Source: Candidatus Saccharimonadales bacterium (lineage in GTDB: Bacteria; Patescibacteriota; Saccharimonadia; Saccharimonadales; UBA4665). From it: DNA of 64,000 nucleotides. Under the pieces are notes generated by a model, which was not told where the DNA came from, did not search any database, and worked only from the letters and a program-made list of their open reading frames with translations. This document shows, one piece after another, positions 31,723 through 41,300 of this stretch. Each line of letters opens with the position of its first letter. Positions within the stretch are counted from its first letter, which is position 1. Made by a program: the position numbers and the translations under genes. The stretch spans positions 5,725 through 69,724 of the forward strand of contig DASZYD010000013.1 in NCBI GenBank assembly GCA_035545555.1, in the 5' to 3' direction.

Positions 31723-32841
31723 CTACGGCTTGGTGATGTAACGGTAGGTGCCGACCGAGACCCAACCCTGCCCGACCTTATCAAAACCGCCGCCGTCGCC
31801 ATAGTTGTTCATGTCGCGGATCTCTACTTGGCTGCCGTCAGCGTTAATCGCGATGACGATGCCGACGTGACCCAGCGCACCGGCGTCAGTTTGGGCAATT
31901 GCGCCGACTGTCGGTACCGAACTGACATGCCAGCCGGCCGCGAGCGCGCCATTGTCCCATGTATCGGCGTTGCCCCAGTTGGCGGGCACGGCAATCTGGG
32001 TCGCCACATACCACGTACAGTTGCCGAAGTCGTAGCCGTTAAATCCATATATGGCGCCTGTTCCCCAGGCAAAGCCGCTATATGAGGAACTCGTGTACGT
32101 ATAGACCGGTACGATGACACCATCAGGGATAATAATCTGCTCGCCCACGTGCAGGCCCGCCAGCTCGGCGTCGTTATAGGCGATGATCTTGTCTTTGCTG
32201 GCCTTAAACTTGCTGGCCAGACTATCCGGCGTGTCGCCCGCCCGTACCGTGTAGACGATACCGTTGACCGGCGGAATTACCAGCGCCTGTCCGGCATTCA
32301 GGTAATCGCTGAGCAGACCGTTCGACCACAAGATACTGTTCGAGTTCACGCCAAACTTTGCCGCCAAGCTTGACACGGTATCGCCCGTCTGCGTGGTGTA
32401 GTGATGGATATCTTTGTTGGAGACAAAGGCCGACGACACCGCCTGCGGCTTGTTCACCACCGTCGTGTCGGTTGATGCAACCGCCAGCTGAATACTTGCC
32501 GAATCGGCCTGGTTGCTGACGGCCGGTGCTTCGGGCAGGTTGGCCATACGCGCAACGGTCAAGGCAATATTCACCGAGGCCAGCTGGTCGACCGGTGCGG
32601 TTACTATCTGGTCGTTCGCCGTCTGGGCAGCCGACTGCAGTGATCCGTTCGCCCGGCCCGGATCCAGCACGACGATGCCGACAACGATGAGCAGGACCGC
32701 GACGTTGGCACACACTAACCCAACGCGCACGGCGCGTCGTTGCAGCGACTTCTTGAGCAGCTGGCTGCGCCACCGGCCGAACAGTGTCGCTCCGGACGCC
32801 ATTTTAAGCGGCGTCCACCGGGTGCGCGCCAGACCACGCAA
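31723..32841 (-). CDS. peptidoglycan hydrolase: TM anchor + 2 LysM + CHAP domain
   Basis: Two LysM repeats (YTTQTGDTVSSLAAKFGVNSNSILWSN; YTVRAGDTPDSLASKFKASKDKIIAYN) and a CHAP domain (GNCTWYVA...GHVGIV). Confidence 0.88.
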   Translation of the reverse strand: MRGLARTRWTPLKMASGATLFGRWRSQLLKKSLQRRAVRVGLVCANVAVLLIVVGIVVLDPGRANGSLQSAAQTANDQIVTAPVDQLASVNIALTVARMANLPEAPAVSNQADSASIQLAVASTDTTVVNKPQAVSSAFVSNKDIHHYTTQTGDTVSSLAAKFGVNSNSILWSNGLLSDYLNAGQALVIPPVNGIVYTVRAGDTPDSLASKFKASKDKIIAYNDAELAGLHVGEQIIIPDGVIVPVYTYTSSSYSGFAWGTGAIYGFNGYDFGNCTWYVATQIAVPANWGNADTWDNGALAAGWHVSSVPTVGAIAQTDAGALGHVGIVIAINADGSQVEIRDMNNYGDGGGFDKVGQGWVSVGTYRYITKP

Positions 32842-33025
32842 CGATGTGTTACTAATACAAACTCCTTGGGGCCGTCATGTGCCGGCCCGCGTACTGCCAT
32901 CGGCGCGAAGCCAAGGCAAGACATTCACGCAGCATGTTCCGCCGCCACCGTGGCTACCCGCTACGCGCACACCATTATACCAGAAACGGCACACTAACAG
33001 CGTAGCGTCAGCTTCGGCGCGTACA

Positions 33026-34087
33026 CTACTGGGCCTCGCTGCAGAGCTTATGGCAGTATTTGCTGACGTTGGCATTGTGCTCGTCAAGCGTCTTGGCAAA
33101 GTGTGTCACGCCGTCGTCGCCGGTCACAAAGTACAGCCAATCAGTATTTGCCGGGTGCGCCACCGCTTGCAGGGAGCTGTCGCTGATAGTGCCGATCGGC
33201 CCCGGCGGCAAGCCTTTGTGCAACAGTGTGTTATACGGCGAGTCGTAATCAGTGGTCGGCGTTACGCCGGCCTTGACTGCCCCATAGTAAGCCGTCACGT
33301 CCGACCCCAGCGGCATATCAATCTGCAGCCGCTTTAAGAATACCTGGGCAGCCTGATTGCGGTCATTCTGGCCGGGTACCTCCTGTTCAACGATAGAGGC
33401 GATGGTAACTCCCTGGTACACCGTCAGCCCCTCTGCCGCAAAGCTTGCTCGTATGGAGCTGGTGAGATGTGTCTGCATCTCGGCTAATGACTCGCCGATG
33501 ATCTGCTTGGGGTCAGTACCGGCCGTCTTCTGGAAGCTGTCCGGGTAGAGGAAGCCTTCGAGACTGGCACCGGGCGGATTGTCTGCCAACGCCGGATAGG
33601 TGGCACGGTACTGCGATACGTCGAGCGCCGCGTCTACGGCAGCGGCGTTAAACCCGGCTTTGATAAACGATGAGCGGATCTGGTCGAGCCGCTGGCCGGG
33701 CAGAATCGTGACCAGATCAGTCGCAATCTTGCCCTGCACCATTGCCTCGGCAATCTCGGCCGTACTCTGGCTGGACATAAACCGGTAGGTGCCGGCCTGC
33801 AGTTTGTCGCGGTCATTATGCGTGCTGACGTACCAATCGAAGGCGCGGCTGCTGCGGATAAGACCGGCCGCCTGCAGCGACTCCCCGATCTGCGATGCGG
33901 TCGAGCCGTCGGCTACCGTAAAGTAGTGCACCGCCGAACTGCTGCCGACCGGGCGGAGCTGTACGTCGTACCAGCGCTGTACCGCCACTGTACCGCCGGC
34001 CGCCAGGATGATGAGAATAAGCAGGATGAGCCAGACACGGCGGGGGATGCGATGGCGACGGATTGGCCGAGTATTATAGGTGGTCAT
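33026..34087 (-). CDS. mltG: endolytic murein transglycosylase MltG (YceG-like)
   Basis: The start is trimmed to MTTYNTRPIRR.... It has an N-terminal TM helix and the YceG pattern (SPYNTLLHKGLPPGPIGTIS). The gene overlaps the ruvX stop. Confidence 0.88.
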   Translation of the reverse strand: MTTYNTRPIRRHRIPRRVWLILLILIILAAGGTVAVQRWYDVQLRPVGSSSAVHYFTVADGSTASQIGESLQAAGLIRSSRAFDWYVSTHNDRDKLQAGTYRFMSSQSTAEIAEAMVQGKIATDLVTILPGQRLDQIRSSFIKAGFNAAAVDAALDVSQYRATYPALADNPPGASLEGFLYPDSFQKTAGTDPKQIIGESLAEMQTHLTSSIRASFAAEGLTVYQGVTIASIVEQEVPGQNDRNQAAQVFLKRLQIDMPLGSDVTAYYGAVKAGVTPTTDYDSPYNTLLHKGLPPGPIGTISDSSLQAVAHPANTDWLYFVTGDDGVTHFAKTLDEHNANVSKYCHKLCSEAQ

Positions 34088-34487
34088 GCAAATAATCCTC
34101 CAAAATATAGGCGGCGGCGAGGGCATCGATATCGCCCTTGGTGTACGGCTTGCCGCGGGTACGCAGCTCGGCTTCGGCCTGCACCGACGTTACGGCTTCG
34201 TCCTGCCAGTGTAGCGGCAGCGGCAATGCTTTGGCCAGTTCCTCGCCGAAAGCCCGTACCGCGGCCGTCTGAGGCGTCTCCTGGCCGCTGAGGCCGCGCG
34301 GCAGACCGACGACTATTTGTACCGCACCTTCCCGCCGGCAGAGCTTCTGCAGCTCGCTGATGGTTGTGGCATCACGCTTGAGCGCACCGCTCGGGTGGGC
34401 AAGCCGGGCTGCGGTGCTCGCCAGCGCTACGCCGACGCGGGCGGCGCCGACATCAAGCGCCACGATGGTGCCATCAGTTGCTGCCAT
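34074..34487 (-). CDS. ruvX: Holliday junction resolvase-like RuvX (YqgF)
   Basis: 137 aa reading IVALDVGAARVGVA...IVVGLPRGLSGQET...DE..TS, the YqgF family pattern. Confidence 0.88.
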   Translation of the reverse strand: MAATDGTIVALDVGAARVGVALASTAARLAHPSGALKRDATTISELQKLCRREGAVQIVVGLPRGLSGQETPQTAAVRAFGEELAKALPLPLHWQDEAVTSVQAEAELRTRGKPYTKGDIDALAAAYILEDYLHDHL

Positions 34488-36174
34488 GCGTCTGCGCGGC
34501 GCCGGTGATGGTCACCGTTATCTTGCTGGTCTTGCCCGGCACGGCGCCGACCCAGAACGGGCTCAAGTGCACATCGACCTTGGTGACGCCCGGAATGGCG
34601 TTGATGAATGACTTGACGTCGCCGATCTTCTTGCCGGCCGCTTGCTTCTTGATATCCGCCGCATTGATGTCCGGACCGATGGTCGCGGTTGTCTGCAGTG
34701 TCAATTGCACCGTGTTGCCGGACGTATTGCCAACGCTCATGGTGGCACTGTTCAGCCCGTCGTTTAAGATCGACTGCTTGCTGGGGTCGATCTGTCCGTC
34801 GGTGGCGTGTTTGATGAGTGTGTCCAGATCGGCCTGCTTGACGCCATACATGGTATAGGTGACCGCCTGCGTGACCGTGACGGTATCCGCCTGGTCACCG
34901 GCATTGTTGTCGCTCGTGATGACCGGCGTGCCGGCATTAAATGTCGTCTCCAGCGGGTACAGACCCTGGCCTCTTAGTGCTTGCTCCAAGCTGGTTTTGA
35001 CGGCATTGGTGTCCTGGCTGGCCAGCTTCTGTTTGGCGTTATCGATATCGGCCTGGGCCACAATGTGGATGATGTCATCCGTACCGCCGGATGTCGAGCC
35101 GGTCGCCGTCACGTCCGAGCGCCCTGCCACCGTAAAGGTTGCATTGCTGACGTTGTACTTGCTGCCAGCGTTCTGTGCTGTTATTGATGTCGCGTCACTA
35201 CTAAAGATACCGCACCCGTTATTAAAGCTAGTGATATGAAAGACCGTCGTTTCCTGGGTAATGAACGTCAGGCCGTTTGTGCTGACTCCGGTTCCCGCCG
35301 GCACCGAGGCGGGATTGCCTGATCCCGAACATTTCTGCGCTGTCATAGTTACGCTGCCGGTAGCTGTCTGACCATTGTTTTGCTGGCCGGTGGTCGCCAC
35401 TTGCTGGCTGGTGGTCTTTTGCTGCTGTTGGGCAGTCGCGGGGATGACATTCTGGCTGGTATCAACTGCTTGTGCTGAGGGGTTAAGCGTCATCGTCAGG
35501 TTCACATTGAGCGCACTGGTATTGGTCGTGATGGCGATGGCCGCTTTGGGTAGAATCGCCAAGCAGATGTACAACCCGAACACGATGAGCACCAGTACGA
35601 TCGCGCCGAGGAACAAGCGCAGCCGGAACTTATTGAAGTTGGGCACCTTCAGGTGGCGGTCTTTGGCCTTGGCCGGCTTCTTGGCCGGCGCTTCATCCTC
35701 ATCTGCTGCATCGGGCATTTCCGGCTCATCCGGCAAATCGACCGTTTCGATGGCCGACGTGCCGACAGGCTCTGCTTCGCCGGACAGGTCGCCAACGGCC
35801 CGGTCACCGGCATTGTCTGCCGTGTAACCATCGTCTTCCTCAGCATCAACGACTTGGTTCGCGTTGCCGGCACCTGCCGTCGGCGGCACTTCCGGCTTGG
35901 ACGACGGCGTAGCTGCGACATACAGGCCCACCGAGCCGGCCAGCGGCATTAAGCCGGCTTCGGTCGTGATAAGCACCACGTGCTTCTTGGCCTCGTCGGC
36001 GCTGCGCTTCAGCAGCTTCATATTGACGATACTTTGGAAGACCGACGCCCGCTTTGGCAGCACCAAGGCCAGCACGCGCGCCGAGCTGGAACGGACTTTG
36101 TCGATGATGGTCGTAATCTCATCATCGACGTCAACGTAGATAGTGTCTTTGCTGTTTGAAGCCGCTGTTGCCAT
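34474..36174 (-). CDS. conserved bitopic membrane protein (cytoplasmic N-domain, acidic linker, TM, Thr/Gln-rich external domain)
   Basis: The N-terminus is IYVDVDDEITTIIDKVRSSSARVLALVLPKRASVFQSIVNMKLLKRSADEAKKHVVLITTE, a pattern I associate with Patescibacteria proteins. The TM segment is LFLGAIVLVLIVFGLYICLAIL. It is translationally coupled to ruvX and lies directly downstream of the ftsA-like gene. Confidence 0.6.
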   Translation of the reverse strand: MATAASNSKDTIYVDVDDEITTIIDKVRSSSARVLALVLPKRASVFQSIVNMKLLKRSADEAKKHVVLITTEAGLMPLAGSVGLYVAATPSSKPEVPPTAGAGNANQVVDAEEDDGYTADNAGDRAVGDLSGEAEPVGTSAIETVDLPDEPEMPDAADEDEAPAKKPAKAKDRHLKVPNFNKFRLRLFLGAIVLVLIVFGLYICLAILPKAAIAITTNTSALNVNLTMTLNPSAQAVDTSQNVIPATAQQQQKTTSQQVATTGQQNNGQTATGSVTMTAQKCSGSGNPASVPAGTGVSTNGLTFITQETTVFHITSFNNGCGIFSSDATSITAQNAGSKYNVSNATFTVAGRSDVTATGSTSGGTDDIIHIVAQADIDNAKQKLASQDTNAVKTSLEQALRGQGLYPLETTFNAGTPVITSDNNAGDQADTVTVTQAVTYTMYGVKQADLDTLIKHATDGQIDPSKQSILNDGLNSATMSVGNTSGNTVQLTLQTTATIGPDINAADIKKQAAGKKIGDVKSFINAIPGVTKVDVHLSPFWVGAVPGKTSKITVTITGAAQTHGSN

Positions 36175-36183
36175 AACTATATG

Positions 36184-37542
36184 TTATACCCGTAACATTC
36201 TATCAATTTTTTCGCGGATTGACCCCGAACCCGTGCCGTTGAAATGCAAGGTATCCACACCCACGCGCAACAGCCCCATGGCCGTGATGTAGGTATGGTC
36301 GCTGACCTTACCGGTGCTATCGGTAATGCCGACGACCTGTTCCGGCCGGATGCGCCGCACCACCGGCTTGCGCGTAAACGGCAGCTGCTTGTACCAATCA
36401 GACTCCTCGAGCGTCTCCACCAGCATGTCCAGGCTAGAGCCACCGCCACAGAGGTACATCCGATACGGCAGATGGTCGAGCTTGTCGAATTCGCCCAGTG
36501 CCAGTTCCACGCCGCTTGTCCAGACGCCGACAGTCTTTTTGAGCGCCGCTTCGACGGCCGCAATCTTGGCCTGCGGTGTTTTATCGTCGGACAGGCCCAG
36601 TTTGAGCGCTTCGGCTTGCTCGAAGCTTACATTCAGATCGCGTTCCACGCCGCGCGTGTACGCACGGCCGCCGATGCCGAACATCTTGGTGCCCTGCACG
36701 CCACCGTCGTTGACCACGGCGATGTCAGTCGTGCCGCCGCCGACATCCATTAGAATAGCGCTGAGGTTGGTGTTGGTGCGGTCGCCAATGACCGAACGGG
36801 CCACCGCAAACGGCTCGGCCGCCACGGCCAGCAGATCAAGATCCAGCTCCTGGGCCGTCTTTTCGAGCGCGCCAATGTGGATCATCGGTGCAAAGGCCGT
36901 ATAGAGCTGCACGACCACCTCTTTACCCTGGAACCCAATCGGGTTGGTGACCGGGTAGCCGTCAATCTCGATGCTCACCAAGGCGCTGTTCACCAGCCGC
37001 ACCTCAACGTCCTTGCCGCCCAACTCTACGGCCAGCTGCTTCTTGGCGGCGACTTCGGCGTGTTCCTGCACCAGCTGGATCGTGCGGTCCATTTCGGTCA
37101 TGTCCAGCGGCTTGGCCGGCGTTTTGCGCAACACCCGCACGGTAGTCGTGGTACCCTTCACCAGCTCACCGGCAATGCCGATAATCGCCCGCCGGGCGCT
37201 GACCCCCGCCTGTTGTTCGGCCTCATTCAGCGCCGCGTCGCAATTCTCGACCACGCTGGCGATATCCGAGATCGCCCCGGCCTGCATATCGGTCAGCCCC
37301 TGGTGTTGCCGCCCGGCACCGATGATCTCGACGCTGCCGTCATCCGACACTTTGCCGATCAGCGCTTTAATGAACTCGGTGCCGATATCCAATGCGACCA
37401 AGTACTGCCCTTCCGGCATCCGGGCCGCTTTTGCCTTGCTGCCAGCGGCCGTGGCCGCACTCCGGGCCAGGGCCGATGTTTTGCTGGCCAGCCGGGTACC
37501 CACTTGCTGACCGAGGGTCTTGAGCGAATCAAGCATATGCAA
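36184..37542 (-). CDS. ftsA: actin-like ATPase, cell division protein FtsA-like
   Basis: Carries YLVALDIGTEFIKALIG (phosphate-1), DVGGGTTDIAV (phosphate-2) and LCGGGS (adenosine motif), with a C-terminal short amphipathic tail. Confidence 0.8.
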   Translation of the reverse strand: MHMLDSLKTLGQQVGTRLASKTSALARSAATAAGSKAKAARMPEGQYLVALDIGTEFIKALIGKVSDDGSVEIIGAGRQHQGLTDMQAGAISDIASVVENCDAALNEAEQQAGVSARRAIIGIAGELVKGTTTTVRVLRKTPAKPLDMTEMDRTIQLVQEHAEVAAKKQLAVELGGKDVEVRLVNSALVSIEIDGYPVTNPIGFQGKEVVVQLYTAFAPMIHIGALEKTAQELDLDLLAVAAEPFAVARSVIGDRTNTNLSAILMDVGGGTTDIAVVNDGGVQGTKMFGIGGRAYTRGVERDLNVSFEQAEALKLGLSDDKTPQAKIAAVEAALKKTVGVWTSGVELALGEFDKLDHLPYRMYLCGGGSSLDMLVETLEESDWYKQLPFTRKPVVRRIRPEQVVGITDSTGKVSDHTYITAMGLLRVGVDTLHFNGTGSGSIREKIDRMLRV

Positions 37543-37580
37543 CTTATTCTAGCACATTGCAGCTGTCTAGATAGAAGAGC

Positions 37581-37784
37581 CTACCCGGATTGTTCGTCAG
37601 TAAGTTGCCGGTGTAGGTCGTTATACCTTGATAGGCCTTCAAACTTCTCATCAAACATATCCTGCGTTATGAGTCCGCCCATGTACTGATCAATCAGCTC
37701 TTGACGCTCCTGCTCTTCAGCATCATTCAGGAGCTCATGAGAATCTATCGGCTCTATACCGGAACTGTTGTATTTGTCCGCCAC
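37581..37784 (-). CDS. small highly acidic hypothetical protein (67 aa)
   Basis: An ORF in a lower-GC segment with a D/E-rich composition. No family recognised. Confidence 0.4.
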   Translation of the reverse strand: MADKYNSSGIEPIDSHELLNDAEEQERQELIDQYMGGLITQDMFDEKFEGLSRYNDLHRQLTDEQSG

Positions 37785-37819
37785 GCAACACCTCCCCTAT
37801 ATACCCATGCCTTGTTGGA

Positions 37820-38113
37820 TTATAGGAGAGCATTGCCTTCGCTATCAACCGGATAATATCCAAGTTGTTCATCCCAGCAGAGCGAAGCACCTTCAGGGAA
37901 ATATCCCTCAGTAATGAGCTGAGCAAAATACCCATCAACCACCTCAGCATCCGCGCCAGATTCGTTGATCATAGTGATCTGGCCCAGCCACTGTGCTTTC
38001 TTGGGAATGCCGATTCCATCAGCACCAGTGCTCTCTGCGTAAGAATCACCGGCCGAGGGAATGATATCCTCAGCACTCATCCAACTTTCTTCTCGTTTGC
38101 GTCTAAATAGCAT
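37820..38113 (-). CDS. small acidic hypothetical protein (97 aa)
   Basis: An ORF in the same lower-GC segment between alaS and ftsA. No family recognised. Confidence 0.4.
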   Translation of the reverse strand: MLFRRKREESWMSAEDIIPSAGDSYAESTGADGIGIPKKAQWLGQITMINESGADAEVVDGYFAQLITEGYFPEGASLCWDEQLGYYPVDSEGNALL

Positions 38114-38134
38114 CCTGTAGCTCCCTGGGTTGCC

Positions 38135-40084
38135 CTATTGCAAAACCGCCTTGATACGACGGACACCGGCCGAGCTGGATTCTTCTTTGAGAATCTTGAA
38201 TTGTTTGCCGCCTTCGGCGAGCACGCCCGTGTGCGTGACGTGCGGGCCGCCGCAGATTTCGCGGCTGAAGTACACGCCGTCCGGATCACCCACGGTGTAG
38301 ACCTTGACGGTTTCGCCGTATTTGTCACCGAACGCGCCGGAGACGCCCCTGGCCAAGGCTTGCTTGGTATGTTCCTCTCGCCAGCTGACCGGCCAGTCCT
38401 TTTTGATCTGTTCGTTGACGATCTGCTCCACCTGCTTGATCTGTTCCGGCGTCAGTTTGTCGGGGTGGGAGAAGTCGAAGCGCAGACGCTCGGGCGTGAT
38501 GTTGCTGCCGCGCTGGATGACGTGTTTGCCCAAGACATTTTTGAGCGCCTGATACATCAGGTGCGTGGCAGTATGGTACTTGGTCACAATTTCGGAATGG
38601 TCCGCCAGGCCACCCTTGAACACGCCCTTCTCAGCCGTTTGTGAGCGGGCCCGCTGCTCGGCCATAAGTCTATCAAAGATATCATCTGCGTCTTCGCTCA
38701 CCATGAAGCCACGTTTGAACGCCTCTTCTTTCGATAGCTCAACAGGAAAACCATACGTATCATACAGCTGAAAGATATTCTCGCCGAACAGCATCGGCTT
38801 TGGCTGGCGCTGTTCATCATCTTCCGGAATAGAAGCGTCGTATATGTCGGTACCGCGTACGCCCATCATTCTGTCAAACTCCTTGAGGCCGTTGCGCAGC
38901 GTATGGCGGAAGACTTTTTCTTCGCGCACCAGCACCTCGATCACCTTGTCGCGATTGGCCGCAACCTCAGGGAAGTCTCTGTGATAGAGATCAGCAATGA
39001 CCGGCACGACCTGCTCCAAAAAGTTCTGCTCGATGCCCAGATCAAAAGCGTAGCGGATGGCGCGGCGCAGCAGCCGGCGCAGCACGTAGCCCTGGGTTTT
39101 ATTACTAGGCACGACGCCGTCAACCGCCATGAACGTGCTAGCGCGCAAGTGGTCGGCGACGACGCGCATACTCTCCTGGTGGCTGGCGTAGTCTTTGCCG
39201 GAAATCGTTTCCAGCTTGGCGATAATCGGCCACAACAGGCTGATCTTAAACACATCAGGGTCGCCGATGGCCGCGGCGGCGATGCGCTCCAGCCCTGAGC
39301 CGTGGTCGATATTCGGTTTCTCCAGCGGCGTAAACTCGCCCTCGGCCACCTTGCGGTAGGTCATAAAGACGTTGTTGCCGATCTCCATGAAGCGGCCGCA
39401 GTCACAGTTAGGGTGACAATGTTCGCCCCACTTCGTATCGTGCGGCGTGCCGAAATCATAGAACATCTCGCTGTCCGGCCCGCACGGGTCGCCGACCGGC
39501 GTGGTTTTGAGCCCGGTTTTGCCGCGGTTCCACCAGTTTTTGCTGTCGTCATAGTAGAAAATGCGCTCGCCGTCTTTCATGCCGCGCTGGTAGCCGGCGG
39601 CTTCGGTGCCGATCTCGGCAATCTTTGCCTCCACGCCTTTCGCTTCGAAGAGTGTTTGCCACAGTTCGGCTGCTTCGCTGTCGCGCGGGATCTTGGCCGA
39701 CGGTACGCCGGCAAAGCAGGTCACGTACAGCCGGTTTGGATCGATGCCGACAATGGTCGTCAAAAATGCAAACATCCAGGCAATCTGGTCCTGCTTGCCA
39801 AAATCGCCAAGCGACCAGTTACCCAGCATTTCAAAAAACGTGGTGTGGCGGTTGTCTCCCACATCTTCAATATCCTGTGCCCGCAGGCAGGTTTGGCTAT
39901 CGGCCAGGCGTACGCCGGCCGGGTGCTCCTGCCCCAGCAGGTATGGGATAAGCGGCTGCATACCACTGCCGGTAAACAGCGTGGTCGGGTCGTTCTGCGG
40001 TACCAGCTGGGCGCGCGGGATGACCGCGTGGCCGTGCTTGGTCATAAAATCAAGATACTTTTTGCGAATCGTTTGGGCGTCCAT
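38135..40084 (-). CDS. alaS: alanine--tRNA ligase, compact form (649 aa, no C-Ala/DHHA1-like tail)
   Basis: Has the class II core (FTGSGMQP, FFEMLGNWS) and editing-domain zinc motifs (HTATHLM ... CGGPHV), and ends shortly after the editing domain. Confidence 0.93.
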   Translation of the reverse strand: MDAQTIRKKYLDFMTKHGHAVIPRAQLVPQNDPTTLFTGSGMQPLIPYLLGQEHPAGVRLADSQTCLRAQDIEDVGDNRHTTFFEMLGNWSLGDFGKQDQIAWMFAFLTTIVGIDPNRLYVTCFAGVPSAKIPRDSEAAELWQTLFEAKGVEAKIAEIGTEAAGYQRGMKDGERIFYYDDSKNWWNRGKTGLKTTPVGDPCGPDSEMFYDFGTPHDTKWGEHCHPNCDCGRFMEIGNNVFMTYRKVAEGEFTPLEKPNIDHGSGLERIAAAAIGDPDVFKISLLWPIIAKLETISGKDYASHQESMRVVADHLRASTFMAVDGVVPSNKTQGYVLRRLLRRAIRYAFDLGIEQNFLEQVVPVIADLYHRDFPEVAANRDKVIEVLVREEKVFRHTLRNGLKEFDRMMGVRGTDIYDASIPEDDEQRQPKPMLFGENIFQLYDTYGFPVELSKEEAFKRGFMVSEDADDIFDRLMAEQRARSQTAEKGVFKGGLADHSEIVTKYHTATHLMYQALKNVLGKHVIQRGSNITPERLRFDFSHPDKLTPEQIKQVEQIVNEQIKKDWPVSWREEHTKQALARGVSGAFGDKYGETVKVYTVGDPDGVYFSREICGGPHVTHTGVLAEGGKQFKILKEESSSAGVRRIKAVLQ

Positions 40085-40212
40085 AAAATCGTCCTTGGTT
40101 AGATAATCGTGAAATAAATATGAAAAGAAGAGTTATCTAGCCCCAAGGGCCGCTGCGCGTACCGATCCGAGCACTGCCATTGCTATCATGCTGGCCATTA
40201 TAACAGATATGA

Positions 40213-41265
40213 TCATATGACAATCCCGCCGCCGAGGACACGGTCGCCATCGTAGATGACGGCAGACTGCCCGGGCGTGATGGCGCGGACGTCTTCGGCA
40301 AGGCTAACGGTTGCCGTGTCGCCGCGCGGCGTAGCTGTGCCCGCAACCAGCGGCGCCCGGTAGCGCGTACGAACCTGATACATGGTGCCGGCTTCAGGCG
40401 CACCATTGATCCAATACAGGCCGGTCAGTTTGAGTTCGCGGCGCCAGAGCCCGGCATCCTGCAGGTCGGTTGTCACATAGACTTCGTTCTTATGCATATC
40501 CTTGCCGGTGACGTAGTACGGCAGGCCGCCGCCGACGTGCAGGCCGTGACGCTGGCCGATGGTATAAAAAATAGCACCGTCGTGCTCGCCCACCACGTGG
40601 CCGCCTTGGTCAATGACCCGGCCATGCGGCTGGTCGCCCAGCTGCGACACCAAAAAGTCGCGGATGCCCACCTTGCCGACAAAACAGATGCCTTGGCTGT
40701 CTTTCTTGGAGGCCGTGGCCAAGCCCAGCCGGGCCGCCACTGCACGTACCTCGGCTTTGGTAGCAAAATCGCCAATCGGGAAAAGCGTACGGCGCAGCGC
40801 GGCTTCCCGGACGCGGTACAGAAAGTACGTCTGGTCTTTCTCGATGTTCTTGGCCGTCAGCAGCCGGCCGTCGTCTGTACGGGCGTAATGGCCGGTCGCG
40901 ATCATAGCGGCGCCGTCGGCCAGTGCCGTTTCCAGGAACAGTTTGAACTTTACCTCCTGGTTGCACATCACGTCGGGGTTTGGCGTGCGGCCAGCCCGGT
41001 ACTCACGGAGCATGTAATCGACCACCCGCTGGCGGTATTCGGCTTGGAAGTCGTACATTTTGAAAGGTATGTCCAACTGCACGGCGACGCGTTTAGCGTC
41101 CTGGTAATCTTCTTGCCACGGGCACACCATACCCGGCAAATCCTGGCTCCAGTTTTTCATATACACACCCGTGACGTCGTAGCCCTGCTCTTTGAGCAGC
41201 GCCGCCGTCACCGACGAGTCGACCCCGCCGGACATGCCGACAAAGACTTTTATATCCTTTGACAT
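40213..41265 (-). CDS. mnmA: tRNA 2-thiouridine(34) synthase MnmA
   Basis: Carries the PP-loop VGMSGGVDSSV and the catalytic Cys contexts (CPW, GICFVG). The 350-aa length is typical. Confidence 0.93.
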   Translation of the reverse strand: MSKDIKVFVGMSGGVDSSVTAALLKEQGYDVTGVYMKNWSQDLPGMVCPWQEDYQDAKRVAVQLDIPFKMYDFQAEYRQRVVDYMLREYRAGRTPNPDVMCNQEVKFKLFLETALADGAAMIATGHYARTDDGRLLTAKNIEKDQTYFLYRVREAALRRTLFPIGDFATKAEVRAVAARLGLATASKKDSQGICFVGKVGIRDFLVSQLGDQPHGRVIDQGGHVVGEHDGAIFYTIGQRHGLHVGGGLPYYVTGKDMHKNEVYVTTDLQDAGLWRRELKLTGLYWINGAPEAGTMYQVRTRYRAPLVAGTATPRGDTATVSLAEDVRAITPGQSAVIYDGDRVLGGGIVI

Positions 41266-41300
41266 AACTAAGCTATTTTAGCAAACAACGCGCGCCGGTG

